Shown here: piece after piece, positions 9,800-19,532 of the stretch
How the letters are laid out: each line of letters opens with the position of its first letter
Position numbering within the stretch: position 1 is the stretch's first letter
The notes under the pieces: generated by a model
Database searches by the model: none
Told to the model about the DNA's origin: nothing
What the model saw: the letters and a program-made list of their open reading frames with translations, nothing else
Position numbers and translations under genes: made by a program
DNA from: Deltaproteobacteria bacterium
Lineage (GTDB): Bacteria > Myxococcota > Kuafuiibacteriia > Kuafuiibacteriales > Kuafuiibacteriaceae
Direction: 5' to 3'
Length of the DNA: 64,000 nucleotides
Assembly: GCA_040218735.1 (NCBI GenBank)
Contig: JAVJQW010000038.1
Span: forward strand, 192,001 to 256,000

Positions 9800-11155
9800 G
9801 TGATCGGTGGCGCTCTTGCGCGTTTCTTCCGCGCGGTGACGCCTGACCCCTTCGTCCTCGCCATCCTCCTCACGCTCCTGACCGGGCTGCTCGCGCTGGC
9901 GCTCACGGACACGACCGTCGACGGCGTGATCACCGGGTGGCAGGGGCCCTCCGGCTTCTGGAAGCTCCTCGCGTTCTCCATGCAGATGTGCCTGATCCTC
10001 GTGACCGGGCACGCGCTCGCGAGCACGCCGCTCGTGCGGCGTCAGATCGCGGCGGTGGTTGCGCTCCCCAAGAGCGCGGGGGCGGCCGGCGCGTTGGTTG
10101 CGTTCGTCGCGATCGCGACATCGCTGTTGAACTGGGGCCTCGCGCTGATCGTGGGCGCGCTCGTCGCGCGTGAGATGGGGCGCTCCTGTCAGCGCCGCGG
10201 CGTGCGGGTGCACTACCCGCTGCTCGTCGCGGCCGGGTACACCGGCCTCATGTGCTGGCACGGGGGCTTTTCGGGGTCGGCGCCGCTGAAGGTCACCACA
10301 CAGAAGGACCTCGTGGAGCTGCTCGGCGCCGAGCTCGGCGCGCGCACCGCGCCGCTGTCGACGTTCGAGACGATCCTGAGCCCGATGAACCTCGTCATCT
10401 CGGGCGGCCTGCTCGTGCTCGTGCCCGTGGTGATCTGGTTCCTGTCGCCGCGCGGCGACGACGAAGCGGTCGGCATCGAGGTCTTCGACGTCGCGGAGGA
10501 CACCCCGCCGGCGCCGGTGACGCCCGAGACCGTGCCGGAGCGGCTGGAGCAGAGCTTCTTCGTCACGCTGCTCTTGGTCGCGCCGCTCGCGTACGGCCTC
10601 GCGCTGTACTTCGTAAAGAACGGTCTGTCGAAGCTCGACCCGAATGCGGTGAACCTCGTGCTCCTCACCGCGGGGTTGCTCTTGCACAAGACCCCGCGCG
10701 CGTACCTGAAGGCGGTGCAGGACGCGGTGGCGGGGTGCTCGGGAATCATCCTGCAGTTTCCGCTGTACGCGGGGATCATGGGGATCATGGCGACGTCCGG
10801 GCTCGCGAAGCTCTTTGCGGGGTGGGCCGCGTCGACGGCGTCGGCGAGCAGCTATCTGGTGCTGACCTTCCTGTCGGCGGGGTTCATCAACTTCTTCGTG
10901 CCGAGCGGCGGCGGGCAGTGGGCGGTGCAGGGGCCGATCGCGGTGCAGGCCGCGGAGATGGTCGGCGTGCCGTTTTCGTCGGCGGTCATGGCGGTCGCGT
11001 ACGGCGACCAGTGGACGAACATGCTGCAGCCGTTCTGGGCGTTGCCGTTGTTGGGCATCACCGGCGTCACGGCCAAGGACATCATCGGTTACACGGCGTT
11101 CATCATGTTCGTGGCCGGACTGTGGTTGATGGGGGGGCTCGTGCTCCTCGGTTGA
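9800..11155 (+). CDS. atoE: short-chain fatty acid transporter (AtoE family)
   Basis: PDPFVLAILLT, LLAFSMQM.LILVTGH.LA, WHGGFSGSAPL, QFPLYAGIMG, VPSGGGQWAVQGP, AYGDQWTNMLQPFWALP. Start codon approximate. Confidence 0.9.
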   Translation: MIGGALARFFRAVTPDPFVLAILLTLLTGLLALALTDTTVDGVITGWQGPSGFWKLLAFSMQMCLILVTGHALASTPLVRRQIAAVVALPKSAGAAGALVAFVAIATSLLNWGLALIVGALVAREMGRSCQRRGVRVHYPLLVAAGYTGLMCWHGGFSGSAPLKVTTQKDLVELLGAELGARTAPLSTFETILSPMNLVISGGLLVLVPVVIWFLSPRGDDEAVGIEVFDVAEDTPPAPVTPETVPERLEQSFFVTLLLVAPLAYGLALYFVKNGLSKLDPNAVNLVLLTAGLLLHKTPRAYLKAVQDAVAGCSGIILQFPLYAGIMGIMATSGLAKLFAGWAASTASASSYLVLTFLSAGFINFFVPSGGGQWAVQGPIAVQAAEMVGVPFSSAVMAVAYGDQWTNMLQPFWALPLLGITGVTAKDIIGYTAFIMFVAGLWLMGGLVLLG

Positions 11156-11166
11156 GGGGCGACGTC

Positions 11167-11913
11167 ATGTCGAAGTCGAAGGTCGTCGCCGCTTTCCGTC
11201 GTCACGCGGGCGCGGCGCTCAAGGCGCAAGGCTTCGCGGGCGGGCGTGGGCACTACGTGCGCCGCGAGGGCGCGGTCACGCAGGTCATCGAGCTGCAGCA
11301 CTCGATCTACGGCGGTCGGGTGACGGCGAACCTCGGGCTCGACCTCGAGTGGCTCAAGCCGTACGTCCGCTGGATCCCGACGCCGCAGGTCGGCCCGCAC
11401 GCGCACGACGCGACGCGCTGGGTGCGCGTGGGCATCGTCAGCCCGGCGAAGGCCGACGTGTGGTGGTCCTTCGGTAGCGAGGACGAGATCGACGGCTGCG
11501 CCAAGAACCTCGCGCGCGCGGTGCTCGAGTACGGGGTGCCGTGGCTGGACGACAAGAGCGGCCGCGACGCGTTCCGCAAGTACGCGGAGGAGAAGCTCGC
11601 GCGCTCGCAGTCGTCGATGCGCCCGCACGGTAGCTTCCTCGAGCTGCGCCTGATGGCCGCGGTCTGCGCGTGGCGCGGCGAGCTCACGCTCGCGACCGAG
11701 CACGCGGGTCACGCGGCGGCGCTGTGGAACGAGGAGCGCGCGCGCCTCGTGAACGCGCGGACGATGTACAAGAAGCGCCACCCCGAGCAGCCGCGCCTCG
11801 CCGGCGTCCCGAACCTCGTGCGGGAGCTCGAGCGGCTGATCACGCCGGGGAGCGCGCGGCAGTTCGTGCCGCCGAAGAAGAAGAAGGCGACGGCGAAGAA
11901 GAAGCCCGGCTGA
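11167..11913 (+). CDS. DUF4304-like hypothetical protein
   Basis: ALKAQGF...YVRREG...QVIELQHS...TANLG pattern; C-terminal VLEYGVPWLD. Confidence 0.6.
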   Translation: MSKSKVVAAFRRHAGAALKAQGFAGGRGHYVRREGAVTQVIELQHSIYGGRVTANLGLDLEWLKPYVRWIPTPQVGPHAHDATRWVRVGIVSPAKADVWWSFGSEDEIDGCAKNLARAVLEYGVPWLDDKSGRDAFRKYAEEKLARSQSSMRPHGSFLELRLMAAVCAWRGELTLATEHAGHAAALWNEERARLVNARTMYKKRHPEQPRLAGVPNLVRELERLITPGSARQFVPPKKKKATAKKKPG

Positions 11914-11935
11914 TCACCGTCGTCACCGGCGCGTC

Positions 11936-12577
11936 TCAGAAGACAAACGTGGCTTCGCGTTCGTACGCGGTGTCCGAGTCCGTGCGCGGGAACGACAGCG
12001 TCGGGACGCGCCTGACGAGGCACCGCGCGATGCGGCGCTCCGCGAGGTTGTCGACGTCGCGGGGGCGCGCGTCGACCACCTCGCCGGTGGGGGCGATGGT
12101 CAGCGCGAGGGCGAGCGCAGACGCGTCGTCGCCGCGGCGCGCGCAGCGGTGCGGGGCGGTCCAGTCCGCGATGGCGGCGCGGAAGTCTTCGTCGGAGAGG
12201 ATGGTGGTCTGGCTTCGTTCGACGCCGACCCAGTCGCCATGCGTTCGTTCCAGGTCGACCGACGGGAGCGCGTCGTCCTTCAGCGCGACCCCGATGTCCT
12301 CGGACGCCGCATCGGTCGCGCGGGTCTTTCCGACGTCGCGTGCGTCCGGCGGCGGGAGCGTGTCGGGCGTATCCGCCGAGCTGCGCGCCGCGACACCGTC
12401 GCTCGCGGTGCGGAGGCGAGTCTGGTCGAAGTCCGCGTTGTGGATCTGCGGTGCGACGACGAGCGCGGGGCGTCGTTCACCCCAGAGGTTCCAGCTCACG
12501 AGCGCGGCGCCGAAGAACACCAGCAACCAGGTCAGGCCGGCGACGGCGTACTTCAGCGGGTGATGCGGTGTCTTCAT
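11936..12577 (-). CDS. membrane-anchored protein with AgmX/PglI- or TonB-C-like C-terminal domain
   Basis: N-terminal TM helix; C-terminal C...LTIAPTGEV...IARCL.......FP. Confidence 0.6.
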   Translation of the reverse strand: MKTPHHPLKYAVAGLTWLLVFFGAALVSWNLWGERRPALVVAPQIHNADFDQTRLRTASDGVAARSSADTPDTLPPPDARDVGKTRATDAASEDIGVALKDDALPSVDLERTHGDWVGVERSQTTILSDEDFRAAIADWTAPHRCARRGDDASALALALTIAPTGEVVDARPRDVDNLAERRIARCLVRRVPTLSFPRTDSDTAYEREATFVF

Positions 12578-12591
12578 GCCCCTTCGGAGGA

Positions 12592-12606
12592 GCAAGGCAC
12601 GATCCA
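12592..12606 (-). promoter_or_regulatory. putative sigma54 (-24/-12) promoter
   Basis: Minus strand TGGATCG-TGCC-TTGC(T), ending 14 nt before the ATG at 12577. Confidence 0.55.
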
Positions 12607-12676
12607 GGCGGAGCGCGCCGCGCAAGCGCGGGCGAGTGAGGCACGATGTCACGCGCCGTCGGTCTGCTGTGACGCG

Positions 12677-13372
12677 CTAACGCGCCCACCAGGGTTTCTT
12701 GTCGCGCTGCGGTGGTGGCGCGCGCGTCGTCGTCGACGTCTGCGCCGCGCGGACCTTCGCGAAGGGGACGATCATGTGGCGGTCGTGATCCCAAGCGAGC
12801 ACGCGCGAGTAGCCGGCGAGGTGCGCGCGGTCGTCGAAGACCGGCATCCCCGCGTTCAACACCACGTCGACGCGCGGGTGCCCTTCGTACTCCGCGAGCT
12901 CGCCCGTCTGGGTGACGACGGTGTGCAGCACGCCGGCTTCACCTTCCGTCGAGATGAGCGCGAACAGCTCCATGTCGACCTTCCACGCCGCGGTCGAAGG
13001 TTTCGCAGGGACGAGGCCGATCTTCGCGAGGGGGGCGTCGGTGTCGAGCAGCGCGACGCGACGCTCGAGATCGAGCAGCGCGAGCTTCGCGGTCAGCTTC
13101 CCCTGGGGCCCCTGCACGGTGACGCGGTCCGCGCCCTTCACGAGGTGTGCGAGCGCGACGAGGCGACGCGGACCGATCACCGCGCCGTAGGCCGAGCGAG
13201 GCTCGGGCGACAATGGGCCCTCGCGCTTCGGGGTGACGCTGAGGAAGGCGACGTGTTTCCGAAGGACGCGGGACAGCGCGTCCATGTCGGACGCGTCGAG
13301 CGCGCGGTAGCGGCGATCGTCGGCGTGGGCGGCGCTCGCCACGAAGACGAGGAGCAGCGCCAGTCGCTTCAC
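12677..13372 (-). CDS. secreted trypsin-like fold protein, probably inactive
   Basis: Signal peptide (AHA|); GAVIG...LAHLV retains His; the GNSGGP position reads NAGMP. Confidence 0.6.
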   Translation of the reverse strand: MKRLALLLVFVASAAHADDRRYRALDASDMDALSRVLRKHVAFLSVTPKREGPLSPEPRSAYGAVIGPRRLVALAHLVKGADRVTVQGPQGKLTAKLALLDLERRVALLDTDAPLAKIGLVPAKPSTAAWKVDMELFALISTEGEAGVLHTVVTQTGELAEYEGHPRVDVVLNAGMPVFDDRAHLAGYSRVLAWDHDRHMIVPFAKVRAAQTSTTTRAPPPQRDKKPWWAR

Positions 13373-14649
13373 GACTCCTCCCCGAGCGGGACGAGGGTCC
13401 CTCGGTCACGCACGTGGGGGCGCCCCGGCTCGATGTGCTCCGGGACGGTGTGGATGATCTCGTCGGGGCGCATCACGATCACCGTGTCGTTCGGGATCTC
13501 TCGCCCGCACTGCACGATCATCTTCGCCGCCATCTTCGCGCGGTGCCCGATCACGGAACCCAGGAACGCGCGCTCGGAGCTGACCAGCGCGCCGTCCTTG
13601 TTCACCTTCACGTGGCCGATGAACTTCGCGTCGACGAAGGACGCCCAGTTGTTGATGTACGCGCCGCGACCGATCAGACAGACCTGCAGCTTGTAGTTGC
13701 CGACCGTCGCGTCCGGGTAGATCACGTTGCTGACCAGGAACGCGTTCTCGCGGATCAGCGCGCCTTCGCCCACGACGCAGTTGAGCAGCACCGCGTGGTC
13801 CTGCACGACGGCTCCCGCACCCACGATCGAGTTTCGGACGCTGGCGTTGGCGCCGATCTTCACGCCCTCGCCGAGGATCGACGCGGAGACGTACGCGCTG
13901 GGGTGCACCGACGCGCCCTTGTGCTTGTAGACGAGCCGGTCGAGGAGCTTGAACTTGTTCAGCGAGAACGTCGTGAGCGCGCGCCACAGGCCCCACAGCG
14001 GTTTGCGGCGGAGCAGCTCGACCCACCGAACACCGAACGCGATCTGGTTGAGCCACAACACGTGGACCCAGTGCTCGATCGACACCACCAAGGTGGAGGT
14101 GATCGGGTAGAGCAGGGTGGCCTTTTCGCGTTCGCCGATCGTCGGCAATGGGATCGGCGCGACGATCTCGCGCTTCGGGACGTCGACCGGGGTGGCTTCG
14201 ATCCGGCGCAGCCAGGTCACGCCGTCCTCGCCGTCCGCCGGCTCGGGGAGCGTCGCGCCCTCGACGAGGAGGACGTCGTGCACCACGGCGTCGCCGTTCT
14301 TGCGCACCGACTGGAGCGGGAGGGTGTAGTCCACCGAAGCGTTGAGCGTCAGGCTGAGCGCGGCGGGCCGCGATGTCTGCCGCGCCGCCTTCAGGAAGTC
14401 CTTCGCGGCCTTCTCGCTGAGGTAGATTCGATCGAGGAGCAGCAGCACCGGGCGGCCCGCGGGGGCCTCCTTCACGAGGCGCATCGCCTCCGAGGGGTCG
14501 GCGGCGACGACGCGTTCGAACTTCATCCGCGCGAACGTCGAGCGCTGCGTCTCTTCGATCGTCTCGCCCGAGAAGTACGCTTCGCGCGCGGGGTCGCCGA
14601 ACGGTGAGATCACCGTGTCGGTGGTGAGGACGACGGCACGGCCCTTCAC
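13369..14649 (-). CDS. GlmU-like protein with hexapeptide (left-handed beta-helix) repeats
   Basis: Hexapeptide repeats VHPSAY VSASIL GEGVKI GANASV; GTGA overlap with upstream paralog. Confidence 0.75.
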   Translation of the reverse strand: MKGRAVVLTTDTVISPFGDPAREAYFSGETIEETQRSTFARMKFERVVAADPSEAMRLVKEAPAGRPVLLLLDRIYLSEKAAKDFLKAARQTSRPAALSLTLNASVDYTLPLQSVRKNGDAVVHDVLLVEGATLPEPADGEDGVTWLRRIEATPVDVPKREIVAPIPLPTIGEREKATLLYPITSTLVVSIEHWVHVLWLNQIAFGVRWVELLRRKPLWGLWRALTTFSLNKFKLLDRLVYKHKGASVHPSAYVSASILGEGVKIGANASVRNSIVGAGAVVQDHAVLLNCVVGEGALIRENAFLVSNVIYPDATVGNYKLQVCLIGRGAYINNWASFVDAKFIGHVKVNKDGALVSSERAFLGSVIGHRAKMAAKMIVQCGREIPNDTVIVMRPDEIIHTVPEHIEPGRPHVRDRGTLVPLGEES

Positions 14650-15773
14650 GCGAGCTCCTCCGCGATCTCTTCGGGGACATAGTCCGGCGCCACGTCCGCG
14701 ACGGGGACCATCGCGCCCTCGTGCCAGATCATCGGCGTGCCGGGCGGGGCGTCGTGGATCGCAAAGACACTCTCCTCCTTGCGCATCACCACGGTCGTGC
14801 GGTTCGGGAGCCCGCGGCCCGGAGCCAAGATCGTGCGCGCGCCGAGCACCGAGCCGTGGCCCGCGCAGCCGCCCAGCTCCTTGCGGCCGGTGTCGACCGA
14901 CGCGCCGCCGTGGTCGACGAACACCGTGCCGTCGAGCTGCTCGTTCCAGAAGATCACGCCGGTGGTGAGGAACACGTCGTGGCCGAGCACGGAGTCCGCG
15001 AAGCCGAGGTTGGTGAGGGTGCCCCCGCCGAGCGCGACCATCTCGGAGAAGCTCGCGTCGGCGAGGGTGTGGGTGTCGCGGCCGAGCACGGCGTAGCGGC
15101 ACTTCGTGAAATCCGAGAGCTGGCAGCCCGCGCCGATGAAGCTGCCTTCGATCGAACACGACGCGCCGATCTGGACGTCGTCGCCGATGACCGAGCCCTC
15201 GACCCGCGCGCTGGGGTGGATCTGGACGTTGTCGCCGATGACGTTCTTGGTCGGTCGCTTCTGCAGGCGGCGCACGAGCGCGGGCCACAGCCACAGCACG
15301 TGCACCCAGTGTTCGACGTGCATCGCGAGGACGCCGTCGTCGACGAGGTCGATGTGGTGGGGCGGGGGACCGACGCGGATCAACTCGCGGCGGCGGAGCG
15401 TGACGTCGACGTCGACCTCGACGGGGACACACGCTGATCGCACCGTGTCGAGGTCGCCGTCAGGGGCGTCGAGGAAGAGGTCGAGCACGAACCGATCACC
15501 GTCGCGGCGTGCGCCGGACACCGCGAGGTACTTCGCGAGGGGAGAGCCGACCGGCACGGCGAGCGCGCTCGGTCCGCGCGCCTTCGCGGCGAAGGCCGAC
15601 CAGATCGGCGCGCTCGCGAACGCGTAGTCCGCGCGCGTCGCGCGCGCCGGGGCCACGCCGCTGTTGTCGAGCTGTTGGGCTGCGAAGGTTTCGAAGGTTC
15701 GATCCAGACAGAGCAGATCGCCGACGCGGTCGCCGAAGGGAAGGATGCGAGTGTCGAGATCGATCACGCGCAC
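14646..15773 (-). CDS. GlmU-like protein with hexapeptide repeats, paralog of the neighbouring gene
   Basis: IGDNVQ IHPSAR VEGSVI GDDVQI repeats; shares PFGD and EHWVHVLWL with 13369-14649. Start approximate. Confidence 0.75.
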   Translation of the reverse strand: MRVIDLDTRILPFGDRVGDLLCLDRTFETFAAQQLDNSGVAPARATRADYAFASAPIWSAFAAKARGPSALAVPVGSPLAKYLAVSGARRDGDRFVLDLFLDAPDGDLDTVRSACVPVEVDVDVTLRRRELIRVGPPPHHIDLVDDGVLAMHVEHWVHVLWLWPALVRRLQKRPTKNVIGDNVQIHPSARVEGSVIGDDVQIGASCSIEGSFIGAGCQLSDFTKCRYAVLGRDTHTLADASFSEMVALGGGTLTNLGFADSVLGHDVFLTTGVIFWNEQLDGTVFVDHGGASVDTGRKELGGCAGHGSVLGARTILAPGRGLPNRTTVVMRKEESVFAIHDAPPGTPMIWHEGAMVPVADVAPDYVPEEIAEELA

Positions 15774-15811
15774 GGCGCCCCAGCCGACCACGGGGCGCCG
15801 TTTTCGTCGAG

Positions 15812-16594
15812 TTACTTGACCAGCGCGAGGCGGTTGCGGGTCGCGATGCGCTCGCGCTCCGCGAGCTCCTTCTCGATGTACATCGTCCCGTTCTCGATGC
15901 AGTTCGCCATCATGTCGATGAGGAGCTGCTCCATGTGCTTCTTCGAGAGGCGCAGGGTGTCGTAGTAGCGCTGGCGCTCGGTCGCGTGGAAGACGACCGG
16001 CATGTACCCGTGCCGGATGAGCACGTAGTTCACGAGCAGGCGGCCGGTCTTCCCCGTGTGGTGGCTGAAGGGGAAGATGCTCATGTACTCGTGGTGGAGG
16101 TGCGCGGCGAAGCGCACGGCGTCGTCGTCCTCCGGATCGTTCTCGATCGCCCAGTCGAACAGCTTCTGGACGCGGCTCGGTATGACCTGGGGCTGCGCGA
16201 TGTCGTGGAAGTACGCCCGGTGCAACGGGATGTCCTTCCGGTAGCGCGCCGGCTGGAAGTCCGGGTCGTGCGAGCCGAGCGTCGCGTGGATGCGGCGGAC
16301 GAGGGCCATGTCCACCTTCCCGCCCTCGGCGGCCTCACGCCGGACGAGGCTCACCGCCAGGCGCTGGTTGCGAATGTCGTGGTAGGTCTCCGGGGCGATC
16401 GGGCGGCCCTTGAGCGCGCTCGTCAGCTCCGCGTGTGTGAGAACGATCCCTTCCAGGGCGTTCTCATGGTAAATCCAGGAAAGCTCGAGCTCCCGTAGAA
16501 ACCCTTGCCAGATGTCCGGGTGCGACGCCGCCAGCTCCAGTAGATCCTCCGTACGGTCGTCGATGTCCCGAAACGCTTCCCGCTTGATCGTCAT
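15812..16594 (-). CDS. Fic/DOC family protein with non-canonical active site
   Basis: YHENALEG helix; Fic motif position reads IFPFSHHTGKTGRLL; tail ERQRYYDTL. Confidence 0.8.
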   Translation of the reverse strand: MTIKREAFRDIDDRTEDLLELAASHPDIWQGFLRELELSWIYHENALEGIVLTHAELTSALKGRPIAPETYHDIRNQRLAVSLVRREAAEGGKVDMALVRRIHATLGSHDPDFQPARYRKDIPLHRAYFHDIAQPQVIPSRVQKLFDWAIENDPEDDDAVRFAAHLHHEYMSIFPFSHHTGKTGRLLVNYVLIRHGYMPVVFHATERQRYYDTLRLSKKHMEQLLIDMMANCIENGTMYIEKELAERERIATRNRLALVK

Positions 16595-16967
16595 TAGGTT
16601 CTCTCCCCCGAGTCCCAAGGTCCGAGTGTTTCACGCCCGAACCACATCTGAAATATGGTCGCCGTAAGCATTCGATCTCACGACGTAGATCAGCGATATC
16701 GAGTTGATTTCCAACCTGTCAACGCAGCCGATGTGAACCCTGATACGCCGATGTCGGACCCTGTAACCGGCTGATAACGCTTCGTTTTCACGGCTCGCCC
16801 GTGAAACATTCGGGGGGTGTGAACCGGGGCTCGGGTGGGCGAAAAGCGTTAGTGGTTGCAGGAGGTTATCAGGGGTCGGACAAACGTCCGACCCTGTGGA
16901 CAACGTGTGTTTCACTGTGTGGACCACACGGTCCAACCGCCGCCGTCGACGGCTCTGCCACACGGAT

Positions 16968-16996
16968 CCGGTCCGATTCGGGCCGATTTTTTTTTG
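16968..16996 (+). terminator. possible intrinsic terminator on + strand
   Basis: CGGTCCG-ATT-CGGGCCG stem followed by a run of 9 T; no + strand CDS lies upstream. Confidence 0.4.
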
Positions 16997-17065
16997 AAAT
17001 TTTTTGGTGTCGGCGACCGTTCGGAAGGGTTTCGGCCGCGAGCTTCGACCCGCGCGCGCCGTTTT

Positions 17066-17992
17066 TCAGACGAAGCTCAGCCACTCGGGGTGGCTTTCGT
17101 CGTTCCCGCGGACGGCATCGAAGTACGCCTGCTGCAGCTGCTCGGTCACGGGACCGCGGCGGCCCGCGCCGATCCTACGCCCGTCGATCTCGCGCACCGG
17201 CGTGACCTCCGCGGCCGTCCCGCACAGGAAGACCTCGTCCGCGATGTACAGGTCACTGCGCGTGAAGCGCTCCTCGCGCACCGTGAAGCCCGCGTCCTTC
17301 GCGAGCGTGATGATGCTCGAGCGCGTGAAGCCCGCGAGGATCGAGGCGCCGCGCGGCGGCGTGAACAGCACGCCGTCCCGCACGATGAACAGGTTCTCGC
17401 CGCTGCCCTCCGTCACGTAGCCGGCCTGGTCGAGCAGGATCGCCTCGTGGAAGCCGTTGTTGATCGCCTCGCGCTTCGCGAGCACCGAGTTGGTGTACTG
17501 CCCGCAGATCTTCGCCTTTTCGTAGTGGGAGCGGACCCCCATCCGCGTGTAGCTCGACACGCAGCACCGCACGCCCATCTCCAGCGCTTCGTCCCCGAGG
17601 TACGCGCCCCACGGCCACGCGGCGATCGCGAAGCGGACCGCGTTGTCGACCGCGGCCACCTTGATCGATCCCTCGCCGAGCCAGATGAGCGGCCGCAGGT
17701 AGCCCTCGTCGAGCGCGTTCTCCCTCAGGACCAGCTTGCAGGCCTCGTTGATCTGCTCGACCGTGTACTTCACGTCGATCAAACAGATCCGCGCGGAGTC
17801 GAGGAGGCGCTTCGTGTGGTCTTCGAGCCGGAAGATCGCGGTCTTTCCGCCGGCGGTCTTGTACGCGCGGATGCCTTCGAACACCCCCAACCCGTAGTGC
17901 AGCGTGTGGCTCAGGACGTGCGTCGTGGCCGCCCCGTAATCGACGACTTCACCGTCCAACCAGATGCGCTTGGCGTCCTGCATGCCGGACAC
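17066..17992 (-). CDS. ilvE: branched-chain amino acid aminotransferase
   Basis: LHYGLGVFEGIRAY, AKICGQYTNS (PLP lysine), EGSGENLF, ADEVFLCGTAAEVTP. Confidence 0.97.
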   Translation of the reverse strand: MSGMQDAKRIWLDGEVVDYGAATTHVLSHTLHYGLGVFEGIRAYKTAGGKTAIFRLEDHTKRLLDSARICLIDVKYTVEQINEACKLVLRENALDEGYLRPLIWLGEGSIKVAAVDNAVRFAIAAWPWGAYLGDEALEMGVRCCVSSYTRMGVRSHYEKAKICGQYTNSVLAKREAINNGFHEAILLDQAGYVTEGSGENLFIVRDGVLFTPPRGASILAGFTRSSIITLAKDAGFTVREERFTRSDLYIADEVFLCGTAAEVTPVREIDGRRIGAGRRGPVTEQLQQAYFDAVRGNDESHPEWLSFV

Positions 17993-18051
17993 CCAAACCT
18001 GCGCCAGGCCAGCCGGTCAAGGAACTTCGACCGTACTGTATCTATCCGGAA

Positions 18052-19488
18052 TCAGGGGAGAGTGAGGGGTTCGAGCATCTTCTGGACGAACGGTCCCTGC
18101 TGCGCGAATTCGGCCTTCCCGCGGCGGATCGCCTGGTCCACCGCGCGGCGCTTCGGCACCAGCGAAGTGGGCGAGAGCGTCCACCGGTACGTGAACACGT
18201 GCTGCGCGAAGCCCCGCTCCTTGGCGACGTTCTCCGCCGCGATCCGCTGCAGCGGGAGGAACAACACGTTGCGCCCGATCTGGGGGGCAAAGCAGTCCAG
18301 CCCGAGGATGAACGCGTTGCGCGTCCCGAGGTGCCCGGACTGCACGTGCTCCCACGCCGCCCGCGCCGGGACGTTCGCCGCGATGCCCCCGTCCGCGAAG
18401 TAGTCGACGCCGTGGTGCTCCATCAGCGAGCGCATGATCGCGTGCATCCGCGGGTCGTCGCGCGTGATGTCGTACTGGATGACCACCGGCAGCGCCGACG
18501 AAAAACCCACGGCGTCGATCACGTCGAACGCCTGCGACATCGTCTCCGCGCCGAGCGGAATCTGCGTGAGCGCACCCGGCGTCGCGACGAGCTCCGACAG
18601 CAGCGACACGACGTTGCTCATCATGTCCTTCAGGTGCAGCAGGCGCCCGAGCGCCCCGCGTCGAATCTCGCGCCGGAACATCCGCTCGTACTCGTCGACC
18701 TGACGCACCGCCTCGCGGCGCACGCCGGTCACGACGCAGATGAACGGGATCGGCATGTCCTGCAGGCGCTGCGTCTCGCCGTCCATACCGACGAAGAACC
18801 GCGACAGCGCCGACCGCAGGTAGAGCCTCAGCGCCCCCGGCATCGCGTAGCGGGTCTCGGCGTCGAGGATCCGGAAGATCTTCTTGAACGTGAGCCCGTG
18901 TGTCACCGCCCGCACCGTCTCGTCGCGGTAGTGCACCTCGCGCGCGCGGAAGAGGCCGAGGATCGATCCGATGCTCGAACCGCTGATCAGCTTGGGCGTC
19001 AGGCCGAGCGACTCGAGGACGCTGAAGGTGCCGAGGTGCACGTACCCGCACCCCCCTCCGCCCCCAACGGCGAGGACGAGCGCCTTCTCGGTGAGCTCGC
19101 GCTCGAGGTCGGCCGCGTCGAGGCGGCCGAGGAACTGCGAGCGCAGCCCGTCGCGCGCCGTCCTCAGGTGCGGCTCGAGCGCCTGCGCGTCGGTGCCCAG
19201 CGCGCGCGGATCGAGGCCCTTTGCGCGCAGGATGCGGTCGGCGAGCGGGCGCACGCGATCCCGGAACGTGCCGAGCTGCGGACCGACGACGACGGGATCT
19301 TTCGAAGAAATCACCCAGAGGCGGGCAAGATTCAGCGCCTGCCGGAGTATGACCTCATGAGTGCGAGGGAGGCGGTCGGGGCGCTCGACGAGCGCGTGCA
19401 CGAGCGCGACCTCGGCCTCGTCGAAGGGACGGAGCTGTCGATAGCGTTCGGCGAGGTCGGGGCGCACGTCGGGAGGGATCGCGACCAA
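18052..19488 (-). CDS. patatin-like phospholipase
   Basis: GGGGGCG oxyanion loop, GSSIG nucleophile elbow, DGG motif. TTG start inferred. Confidence 0.88.
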   Translation of the reverse strand: MVAIPPDVRPDLAERYRQLRPFDEAEVALVHALVERPDRLPRTHEVILRQALNLARLWVISSKDPVVVGPQLGTFRDRVRPLADRILRAKGLDPRALGTDAQALEPHLRTARDGLRSQFLGRLDAADLERELTEKALVLAVGGGGGCGYVHLGTFSVLESLGLTPKLISGSSIGSILGLFRAREVHYRDETVRAVTHGLTFKKIFRILDAETRYAMPGALRLYLRSALSRFFVGMDGETQRLQDMPIPFICVVTGVRREAVRQVDEYERMFRREIRRGALGRLLHLKDMMSNVVSLLSELVATPGALTQIPLGAETMSQAFDVIDAVGFSSALPVVIQYDITRDDPRMHAIMRSLMEHHGVDYFADGGIAANVPARAAWEHVQSGHLGTRNAFILGLDCFAPQIGRNVLFLPLQRIAAENVAKERGFAQHVFTYRWTLSPTSLVPKRRAVDQAIRRGKAEFAQQGPFVQKMLEPLTLP

Positions 19489-19532
19489 CCTCTCGACGTT
19501 AGAAGGCTTTGCGGTCGCCTGCCAACTTGAGG

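Noticed and set aside
16595-17065. oriC or parS site
   Set aside because: Only one good DnaA-like box, only half parS sites, and no dnaA/dnaN/parAB nearby; kept only as a candidate regulatory or ncRNA region.
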